Assembly (NCBI GenBank): GCA_016699555.1
Contig: CP064981.1
Coordinates: 247,876 to 311,875 of the forward strand
Length of the DNA: 64,000 nt
Source of the DNA: Candidatus Iainarchaeum sp.
GTDB taxonomy: Archaea; Iainarchaeota; Iainarchaeia; Iainarchaeales; VGJJ01
Direction: 5' to 3'
Below the pieces are notes generated by a model that worked only from the letters and a program-made list of their open reading frames with translations, was not told where the DNA came from and searched no databases. Both the position numbers and the translations under genes were made by a program. Shown here piece by piece: positions 8,801 through 15,950 of this stretch. Numbering within the stretch: position 1 is the first letter of the stretch; the number at the start of each line of letters is the position of its first letter.

Positions 8801-10696
8801 ATGATGGAACTGAACGAAATCGAAAAATTCATTATGGGAAAACTCCCCAAGACATGCCAAGTCACCAATGTCGACTTCGAAGGACCGGAAATCGTCCTCT
8901 ACACCAAGAACCCCTCCGCCTTCTTCGACTCCAAAGAAAACCACGTCGGAAAGATCGCATTCGAACTGAAGAAAAAAATATCCATCCGCGCCGACAAGAG
9001 CAAGCTCATGGACCCCTCGGACGCCAAAAAAATCATCGAAGGGCTCATCCCCTCCGACGCCGAAGTCAAGAACATCACATTCGTCGATGCATTCTGCCAA
9101 GTCGTCATCGAATCCATGAAACCCGGCCTCGTCATCGGAAAAGGCGGCGAAACCAGCAAAGCCATCATCACCCAAACAGGATGGACCCCCAAGATTTTAC
9201 GCGCACCTACTTCCAATTCAGAATTCCTCCAGGGAATCCGCTATCACCTCAACAAGCACGCCCCTGAAAGAAAGAAGTTCCTACAAGAAACATCCAAGAA
9301 AATCTATCGCGTAGCCACATCCAAACACGACTGGGTCAGACTCACCGGACTAGGCGCATTCCGCGAAGTCGGAAGAAGCTGCATGATGGTGGACACCCCC
9401 ATCACCAAAATACTCATGGACTGCGGAATCAACGCCGCACGACCCGATGACCCCTATCCTTACCTGGACGCGCTCTACTTTCCCCTATCCGAAATGGACG
9501 CACTCATCATCTCCCACGCCCACATGGACCACCAGGGATTCGCTCCCTTCCTCTACCGCATGGGATTCAGGGGGCCGCTCTACTGCACCGAACCCACACG
9601 CGATCTGATGGCCTTACTCCAATTCGACTTCGTGGACCTGCTCGTGAAAGAAGGAAAAGAACCCCCCTACACCGAAAAAGACATCAAAGAAGAACTCAAG
9701 CACGTCATCGTCAGAGACTACCGCGAAGTCACGGACATCGCCCCCGACATGAAACTGACATTCTTCAACGCCTCCCACATCCTGGGAAGCTCATCCGTGC
9801 ACTTGCACATCGGCGAGGGAGCGCACAACCTAGTCTATTCCGGGGATTACAAGTATGGCTTCACTCGCCTGTTCGACACCATGGACATCGCCTACCCCCG
9901 CGTGGAAACACTCATCACCGAATCCACCTACGGAGGAGAACACGACATCATGCCCTCCCGCGATGACGCTGAACGCAAGCTCTTGCGCATCATCCAAGAT
10001 ACTTTCGCCAAAGGCGGAAACGTCCTGATTCCCGTCTTTGCCGTGGGAAGAGGACAAGAAGTCATGTTGGTCATCGAAGAATTCTACCGCCAAGGATTGC
10101 TGCCGGATGCCAAAGTCTACATCGATGGCTTAACCAAAGAAGCATCCGCCATTCACACCGCGTACCCCGAATATCTCAGGCAAAACGTCCAGCGCAGAAT
10201 CTTTTCCAACGATTCTCCGTTCACCTCTCCATTATTCCACCAAGTGACGGCAAAGGACCGCGATGAGATCTTGAAAAATGGAAATGTCATCATCCTCGCC
10301 AGCTCCGGAATGCTTAACGGCGGGGCAAGTTTGGATTATTTTTATCGCATGGCAGATAATCCCAACAATACCTTGGTCTTTGCCGGCTGGCAAGGAGAAG
10401 GAAGTTTGGGAAGAAAGTTGCAAGCCGGAATCAAAGACATACCCGTCGCGGATAACAAAGGAAAGACGCGCATGCTGACCGTTAACCTGCGCTTGGAAGC
10501 GTTGGAAGGATTCTCAGGACACTCCGACTTCCTACAACTCCAAAACTATGTCCGCAACATCAACCCCCAGCCCAAGCGCATCATCGTGGATCACGGCGAA
10601 AAGACCAAAACAGTCGCTTTTGCCAAACACCTCACCAACAAATTTGGAATCAAATCCGCCGCGATTCGAAACTTGGACACCATCCGATTGCGCTAG
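8801..10696 (+). CDS. fttA: Archaeal CPSF1-type beta-CASP ribonuclease with N-terminal KH domains (aCPSF1/FttA)
   Basis: 631 aa. KH-like VIGKGGETSKAI, metallo-beta-lactamase HAHMDHQG, beta-CASP region and C-terminal GHSD. Confidence 0.95.
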   Translation: MMELNEIEKFIMGKLPKTCQVTNVDFEGPEIVLYTKNPSAFFDSKENHVGKIAFELKKKISIRADKSKLMDPSDAKKIIEGLIPSDAEVKNITFVDAFCQVVIESMKPGLVIGKGGETSKAIITQTGWTPKILRAPTSNSEFLQGIRYHLNKHAPERKKFLQETSKKIYRVATSKHDWVRLTGLGAFREVGRSCMMVDTPITKILMDCGINAARPDDPYPYLDALYFPLSEMDALIISHAHMDHQGFAPFLYRMGFRGPLYCTEPTRDLMALLQFDFVDLLVKEGKEPPYTEKDIKEELKHVIVRDYREVTDIAPDMKLTFFNASHILGSSSVHLHIGEGAHNLVYSGDYKYGFTRLFDTMDIAYPRVETLITESTYGGEHDIMPSRDDAERKLLRIIQDTFAKGGNVLIPVFAVGRGQEVMLVIEEFYRQGLLPDAKVYIDGLTKEASAIHTAYPEYLRQNVQRRIFSNDSPFTSPLFHQVTAKDRDEILKNGNVIILASSGMLNGGASLDYFYRMADNPNNTLVFAGWQGEGSLGRKLQAGIKDIPVADNKGKTRMLTVNLRLEALEGFSGHSDFLQLQNYVRNINPQPKRIIVDHGEKTKTVAFAKHLTNKFGIKSAAIRNLDTIRLR

Positions 10697-10750
10697 ACAG
10701 TTTCGACACCGTTTCGGCGGTGTGGGGCGAGAACAGATGTTAACACGCCA
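10697..10750 (+). repeat. Bipartite hairpin element, copy A (second hairpin degenerate), directly after the aCPSF1 stop
   Basis: ACAGTTTCGA, ACACCG-TTTCGG-CGGTGT (10706-10723), GGGGCGAGAACAG, ATGTTAACAC, then T-rich CCATTTTGTTTTC. Confidence 0.65.
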
Positions 10751-11030
10751 TTTTGTTTTCTCAAATTCTCGGAATAAAATGAACTTATCTTCTACATAAT
10801 ATAGTTTTCATTTTGGGGTTTTGGAAATACTATTTTTGTTTTTTGGGCATTTCAACATAAAGTGCTCAAATCGTCGTGTTTATGTTGCGGTGGCGCAGCT
10901 AAATTCTTTTTCCTAATTTTTGCTTCCACATAAGAAAAGGAGCTCATATAACGCCCTATTTGGGCTCTTTGTAATTAATTAACCTTTTTTGATGAAACGG
11001 AGGTAAAAGAAGGCTCTGTTTGCCGAAAAG

Positions 11031-11296
11031 TATATAAAGGTGGTTGCGTTATACTTCCGAACGAGGTTGTAGCCATGAGTGGAGATGCACGCAAACCCCT
11101 GGAAGTAACTATTTCCACCCATGAAACCAACTCGCGTATGCAGGAGCTCACGCCCCTGGATAGCACCCGACAGTGCCTTGCTGACGAAGCAAGGGCCTGG
11201 GAAAAGCGTGCAGGAAGGAAACTTCCAAGCCCAGGAAGACATTGATCGGTCATAGGGTTGCCACCGCCCCCCTGGGTGGCGCCCATTTCTTATTTT
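11031..11296 (+). other. Unannotated transcription unit: TATA box, GAGG, a 56-aa ORF (11075..11245, below the track threshold) or a structured ncRNA, terminal hairpin + T-rich tract
   Basis: TATATAAA at 11031-11038, GAGG at 11064-11067, ATG at 11075 giving MSGDARKPLEVTISTHETNSRMQELTPLDSTRQCLADEARAWEKRAGRKLPSPGRH, stop at 11243-11245. Hairpins: CCTTGCT-GACGA-AGCAAGG, GGAAG-GAAA-CTTCC, GCCACC...GGTGGC (11260-11280), followed by TTTCTTATTTT. Confidence 0.35.
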
Positions 11297-11315
11297 CGAT
11301 TTTATTGGTTTTCAT

Positions 11316-11825
11316 ATGACAATCAAAAAAACAAAGTCACTAATTTTGTTAATCACCGGTACGCCTGGAACGGGCAAGTCAACGATTGCCAAACGACTTG
11401 GAAAGAAGCTCAAAGCTGTTGTAGTGAATGAAAAGGCGTTTTGCCGCAACGAAAAATGCGCCACGTTCGATTCCAAGACCAAGGAATGGGAAATCGATTT
11501 GAAAAAATACAAAACGGCTTTCGCCCGCTATGCTAAGCAGCATGCTGGAAAGCCGATCATTCTCGAAGGCCACGTAGCCTGCGAAGTTAACTTGCCTATT
11601 TCAAAAATAATGGTGTTAACGTGCAATCCGGTGGAATTAGGCTATCGCTTAGCCAAGCGCCGCTACGCTGAACTCAAAATCCAGGAGAATATGTTCTGCG
11701 AGGCCACGGACTATTGCATGCAACAAGTCACGAAACACTACCGCGGAAAGAAAGTGCTGAAAGTGGACACGTCAACCCATTCTCCATCCCAAGTAATCCA
11801 AAAAATCCAAAAGTGGCTGCACTAG
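11316..11825 (+). CDS. AK6/Fap7-type putative adenylate kinase (ribosome-biogenesis NTPase)
   Basis: 169 aa. P-loop ITGTPGTGKSTIAKRL; size and layout typical of the archaeal Fap7/AK6 family. Confidence 0.8.
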   Translation: MTIKKTKSLILLITGTPGTGKSTIAKRLGKKLKAVVVNEKAFCRNEKCATFDSKTKEWEIDLKKYKTAFARYAKQHAGKPIILEGHVACEVNLPISKIMVLTCNPVELGYRLAKRRYAELKIQENMFCEATDYCMQQVTKHYRGKKVLKVDTSTHSPSQVIQKIQKWLH

Positions 11826-12394
11826 TTCTTGCGCGGGATGTGCTTTGGAGCTTCCCCGCTCAAATCCCATATCTCGGAGGGAGGGTTCTCCAGCTTTCCC
11901 GCATCCACCACATAATCCACTGCTTCGCGCATCTCTTTGGGGATGTCGCTGATGGACTTGGCGTGGGGTTGGCCGGAAATATTTACACTCGTCGTGACAA
12001 AAGGAATCCCGGCCTCTTCTACGAGCTGCGTGAAAGGATGTTTGGGGATGCGCACGCCCACGGATTCTCCCGCAGCAACCTCTCTCAGGAAACCAACGAC
12101 CTTCTTGGGGAGGATGAATGTGAATGGTCCCGGGAGCTTTTCCAGAAACTCGGGAAAGCGAACCCCAAAATGGGTGTGGATCCAATCCTTGGAAGGGGCG
12201 ATAACCGAGAAAGGCTTCTGGATTTCGCGGGATTTCAATGCGCGAATGCGTTTCACGGCCCCCGCATCCAGCGCGGCGCATCCAATCCCATAAATGGTGT
12301 CCGTGGGATAGATGAAGATCTTCCCCGCGCGCATGGCGCGGATGATTTCATCATGGTGTGCCGTGACCTCCTTCCATGGAATCGTGGTCATCAT
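11822..12394 (-). CDS. tsaC: L-threonylcarbamoyladenylate synthase, YrdC/Sua5-domain-only (TsaC type)
   Basis: 190 aa. IFIYPTDTIYGIGCAA, KPFSVIA, VGVRIPKHP, FVTTSVNISGQP are characteristic YrdC-fold motifs. Confidence 0.9.
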   Translation of the reverse strand: MMTTIPWKEVTAHHDEIIRAMRAGKIFIYPTDTIYGIGCAALDAGAVKRIRALKSREIQKPFSVIAPSKDWIHTHFGVRFPEFLEKLPGPFTFILPKKVVGFLREVAAGESVGVRIPKHPFTQLVEEAGIPFVTTSVNISGQPHAKSISDIPKEMREAVDYVVDAGKLENPPSEIWDLSGEAPKHIPRKN

Positions 12395-12478
12395 TCCCGA
12401 CTTTGGACACCCAAACGCCTAAAAAGGGGCTCGGCCCCATTCTATCGTTGAATTATTTCAGTCTAGGGGGATTTATTC

Positions 12479-13723
12479 GTGCAAACCAAGTATCTTTTTT
12501 CAATTCTATTCCTGGCGTGCCTCGTCACAAGCGCACAGGCATTAATGCTCCAAGAAAAGAGCCTCTCAACCTATGCATTCCCCGGCTTTGAGATCACTTC
12601 CCCGGCTACGACGCACTGCGAAACCATCACATTCAGCCCTTTTACTGACTTCGATACCGCAACGAATGACACGCTCTTGAATTTGGGAATCGAATTCAGT
12701 CCCGCAACCGATTTCGACTCCAATGTGACGATTTCTACCAACAACCAACTCATTCAAACCATCTATTCCCGCGACTTTATTGGAAAGAGCAACGCTCACG
12801 TACTGATTCCTGCTGAACTCCAACGCGACAATGGCACTACCCTCCAAATTTGCGGAAACTCCTCTCCATCGCTGCAACGCTTGTACGTTTCTTCGAGCGG
12901 GACGCTCGGACTGTATCAACAGCCGCACTTCGATCGCGCGAATGATTTCGAGACCGTCGTCGTGACGCCCGAGCGCATCCTCGGACAAGAAGTGGAAGCC
13001 CAAGTATTCGTACGCAACTCCGGGGCACTCCCTGCAAGCGTGCACGTGGACTACCGCAAGTATGATGTACCTTACTTACCCTTATTGAAAGGCGAAACCG
13101 GCTTCGATGCGACGCTGGAACCCTATGAAAGCCGCACCATCACCTATTACATCAAACCCCTGCGCGCGGTCGATTTGGCGTTGCCTCCGGCGGTGTTGAC
13201 CTACACCAACATCTTCGGCGAAGAAGAAAAAATAGAATCCAATCGCGCACAAGTGCGCGTGAAGCAGCCCGAGTTCAATGTGAAAGGCGTGTTCTTGTTG
13301 AATCAGACTCACGCGCGCGTCGATGAACCCGTTGATGTGCGCTGGCTCGCACAGAATGATGGGATCGATCCCCTCTATGGGTTGAGCGCCACATACACCA
13401 TCACACCCGAAACCACTACCACGCTCCCGCGCATGATGATCCCTGAATTGCTCCCGTCCAAAGCCGAGAGCCGCGGATTCACCATCCAATTCGCTGAGCC
13501 CGGGACCTATACTTTAGGCTGTGTAATCTTCCAGGAAAGCAATCCCGAATTGCACACGAACTGTCAGGGAACCACTATTACCATCACCGAAGACACGCGC
13601 CTGATTACCCTGCTGCTTTCATTGATGCTCGTGATTATTGGAATCGGGGTCTATGCGTACATCTACTACTCCAAGCCCAAGCCCCACACGGAAGTAAAGC
13701 CCAAGAAGCGATTCCAGACATAG
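12479..13723 (+). CDS. Secreted cell-surface protein with C-terminal TM anchor (CARDB-like beta-sandwich segments)
   Basis: 414 aa, GTG start. Signal peptide LFSILFLACLVTSAQA; segments like EVEAQVFVRNSGALPASVHV; C-terminal LITLLLSLMLVIIGIGVYAYIYY + KPKPHTEVKPKKR. Confidence 0.7.
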   Translation: MQTKYLFSILFLACLVTSAQALMLQEKSLSTYAFPGFEITSPATTHCETITFSPFTDFDTATNDTLLNLGIEFSPATDFDSNVTISTNNQLIQTIYSRDFIGKSNAHVLIPAELQRDNGTTLQICGNSSPSLQRLYVSSSGTLGLYQQPHFDRANDFETVVVTPERILGQEVEAQVFVRNSGALPASVHVDYRKYDVPYLPLLKGETGFDATLEPYESRTITYYIKPLRAVDLALPPAVLTYTNIFGEEEKIESNRAQVRVKQPEFNVKGVFLLNQTHARVDEPVDVRWLAQNDGIDPLYGLSATYTITPETTTTLPRMMIPELLPSKAESRGFTIQFAEPGTYTLGCVIFQESNPELHTNCQGTTITITEDTRLITLLLSLMLVIIGIGVYAYIYYSKPKPHTEVKPKKRFQT

Positions 13724-13870
13724 TCGGGTGTTCGAATCCCCCGATGTATTAAAAAAGATTGGACGTCAAGTATTGGATAGGTCCATTCCAATGTCATACA
13801 GTCCCTTACAGTCTATTCCGGCTTCTTCGAACGGCTTTACTTCACTCCCTTCACGTCTCACGCTTTTCGT

Positions 13871-13888
13871 GCATTTTGTGCAAAATGC
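13871..13888. promoter_or_regulatory. Perfect 8+8 inverted repeat upstream of the TRAM-domain gene
   Basis: GCATTTTG-TG-CAAAATGC, 28 nt upstream of ATG 13916, in the position expected for the core promoter. Confidence 0.4.
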
Positions 13889-13915
13889 CATTCAATCAGT
13901 TTCGGAGGAATAAAC

Positions 13916-14272
13916 ATGCCATACCATAACGACCAATCTCGTGGAGAATTCAACGATCGCGGAGGAGACTTCCAACAACGCCGTCGCTTTACTCCCCAAG
14001 CGCCCATCCCAGTGAAGGAAGGCGAAACCTACGAAGTCACGATTGAAGGCATTGGAGAAAAAGGAGATGGCATTGCCAAGATCCAAGGATTCGTCATCAT
14101 CGTCCCCAAGACCCAGCAAGGACAACGCGTCAAAGTGCGCATCACCGCCGTACGCGGAAAAGTCTCTTTCGCCGAGGTCGTGGAAGAAATGGGATCCGCT
14201 CCCGCAGCAGCTGAATCCAATGAAGAAGAAGCGGACGAAGCCGATGCAGAAGAAATGGAAGACGAAGAATAA
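13916..14272 (+). CDS. TRAM-domain RNA-binding protein with acidic tail
   Basis: 118 aa. PVKEGETYEVTIEGIGEKGDGIAKIQGFVIIVPKTQQGQRVKVRITAV is a TRAM/OB pattern. GGAGG lies before the ATG. Confidence 0.85.
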   Translation: MPYHNDQSRGEFNDRGGDFQQRRRFTPQAPIPVKEGETYEVTIEGIGEKGDGIAKIQGFVIIVPKTQQGQRVKVRITAVRGKVSFAEVVEEMGSAPAAAESNEEEADEADAEEMEDEE

Positions 14273-14338
14273 TCATCAAAAAGAAAAAGAGTGAGAGGAG
14301 CAATCGCTCCCCACTTCAACTATTTTTTTATCCCACTT

Positions 14339-15160
14339 TTATCTCTTGCGCGCAGCAAAGCGACCTTTCTTATGATGGGTTGCTTTGGCGGCGTGGTGCT
14401 TAGCGGTAGGGTGCTTGTGCGTTCCCATAACCTCATGCGTGACATCCGCAAACAACGTATACCACGTGATCCACCACAAGTAGCTCGAGACCCCTAACGC
14501 AGGAATGGCGAGGATGAACAAGCTCAGCGTGGAGAGGATGGTGGAGACTCCTAACAATACGACTCCATACCCCGCCAACACGGCCCAGCTCATCCAGTAT
14601 TCCTTGGTTGCGACCACGTTCAATATCTCCGGGAACTTGAACGCATCCCCGAGCTGTTTGTTCTTGGCATACAGCTGGACGGCGATAGGCATCATCAGCG
14701 TGGCCAATATCCCTAACACGAGCGCGACCAATCCATAGACGGCGCCGTTCAAGATCAGCAACAACATTCCCTGCAATGCTTGGATGGGCTGCCAAACCGC
14801 ATTATGGAATACGGCAAAGATCAAGGGGAATGAATTCGCGACACCGAATGCAATCACAATCATGGCGGGCAAAAAATACAAAACTCCGATGACCCAGACC
14901 ATCAATCCCGAGAAAAACAAATCCACATAGTCATCGAATGCCGGCATCGAGTGGTCGTTGCGGATGGTACGGCGCGAGGCCTCGATCCCTAATCCATGCA
15001 CGAGCACGCTCAATAGGGAAAGGATTCCCCCCAAGATGGACCCGAAAATCACCGTGATGGCTCCCCCTAAGACGTGAAAGCCCATGAATATGCTGCCCAG
15101 CACCACTGTTGTCAAGTCCGTCTTTAGCGGGCGCTTGATCGCTTCCAAAAATTCAACCAT
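14339..15160 (-). CDS. Multi-pass integral membrane protein (DUF4013-like), basic His/Lys tail
   Basis: 273 aa with about 6 hydrophobic segments. GGAGGAG lies 11 nt upstream of ATG 15160; TATA-like TTTTTAAA (minus) at 15214-15221. Confidence 0.75.
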   Translation of the reverse strand: MVEFLEAIKRPLKTDLTTVVLGSIFMGFHVLGGAITVIFGSILGGILSLLSVLVHGLGIEASRRTIRNDHSMPAFDDYVDLFFSGLMVWVIGVLYFLPAMIVIAFGVANSFPLIFAVFHNAVWQPIQALQGMLLLILNGAVYGLVALVLGILATLMMPIAVQLYAKNKQLGDAFKFPEILNVVATKEYWMSWAVLAGYGVVLLGVSTILSTLSLFILAIPALGVSSYLWWITWYTLFADVTHEVMGTHKHPTAKHHAAKATHHKKGRFAARKR

Positions 15161-15424
15161 AATTTCTTCAACTCCTCCAAATTGGACGTAATGCTTGGAA
15201 GAAAAAACTGGCGTTTAAAAATGGCGGGGTGTACGTTCGCGCGTGGCCGAACCGCCTGCCTTAAATCATCCATCTCCCACAACATCCTCATTCCGGCTTC
15301 CCTTCCGGTTCAAGGGAGTCAATGCCTATGCCGCTCGCGTGCACGGGAGCCTAACCAACTCCTCCTTGTGCAAATCGCCTGCATCGTGCTCGCGCAGTAG
15401 CGCATGGCGGAGAGTTGATGCAGG

Positions 15425-15862
15425 ATGCGTCATGAAAAGTCATGCGGAGCAGTCGTATTTAGGGATAACAAATTCCTCTTGCTCAAGAATTCCAAATCGA
15501 AGAACTGGGGCGCACCAAAAGGACACGTTGAAAACAACGAGACCGAAGAAGAGACGGCGCGAAGAGAGATATTCGAAGAAACGGGACTGAGCAACCTACG
15601 TTTTCTCCCGGGATTCAGGCAAATCAATCATTTCTCGCTCTACTTGGGCGGGAAAAAAGTCTCCAAGGAGGTGGTGTTTTTTTTGGCGGAGAGCAAGAGC
15701 GGAAACGTCACGCTGTCGAATGAGCACTCCGCCTATGAGTGGTTGCTATTCGAGGATGCCATCCATCGCGTGAAATTCCGCGCGCTGAAATCCATCCTAA
15801 TCAATGCCGCCAAGACACTCGATTCCAAGTTCACGCTCTCCGTCCCGCCTGAAAAAAACTAA
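15425..15862 (+). CDS. Nudix hydrolase
   Basis: 145 aa. Nudix box GAPKGHVENNETEEETARREIFEETGL. Confidence 0.9.
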   Translation: MRHEKSCGAVVFRDNKFLLLKNSKSKNWGAPKGHVENNETEEETARREIFEETGLSNLRFLPGFRQINHFSLYLGGKKVSKEVVFFLAESKSGNVTLSNEHSAYEWLLFEDAIHRVKFRALKSILINAAKTLDSKFTLSVPPEKN

Positions 15863-15950
15863 GCGCCTTTTCGCGTGAAGGAAGGGAATTAGCTAAAGGC
15901 GTTTGCTTTTCTTTGTGTATTAAAAACCCCAATATGGCTACTTCCATCAT

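Noticed and set aside
10750-11030. AT-rich 280-nt stretch as a possible replication origin (ORB-like GGGGTTTTGGAAAT, TTCCACATAAGAAAAGG)
   Set aside because: The elements are in the wrong order and orientation for ORB/mini-ORB consensus. There are no repeated boxes and no cdc6/orc1 gene adjacent.
10975-11286. Minus-strand ORFs of 103 and 87 aa in the aCPSF1/AK6 intergenic region
   Set aside because: The translations (MGATQGGGGNPMTDQCLPGLGSF... and similar) are not protein-like. The region has a plus-strand TATA box and a plus-strand terminator-like 3' end. It is treated instead as a plus-strand small ORF or ncRNA candidate.
11041-11290. Possible SRP RNA or RNase P RNA
   Set aside because: The size and GC-rich hairpins are suggestive. 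However, the helix-8-like hairpin reads CAGG-AAG-GAAA-CUU-CCAA and lacks the universally conserved AGCA. Neither strand contains RNase P P4 signatures (GGAAAGUCC, ACAGAA). I also could not pair the 5' and 3' ends. A covariance-model scan is needed before naming it.
13724-13744. tRNA T-arm-like sequence TCGGGTGTTCGAATCCCCCGA just after the surface-protein gene (possible tRNA fragment or att site)
   Set aside because: The GGGTG/CCCCC stem has a mismatch in tRNA register. There is no D-arm, anticodon arm or acceptor stem upstream (that region is coding), and no integrase is nearby. It is most simply a 5-bp hairpin after the stop codon.
15290-15320. 5S rRNA-like motif (minus strand UUGAACCGGAAGGGAAGCC, reminiscent of the CCGAAC..GGAAGUUAAGCC loop C region)
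   Set aside because: I could not form helix I between any plausible 5' and 3' ends. The loop E/helix IV-V signatures (AGUAC, UGGGA) are absent. The resemblance is limited to about 18 nt.
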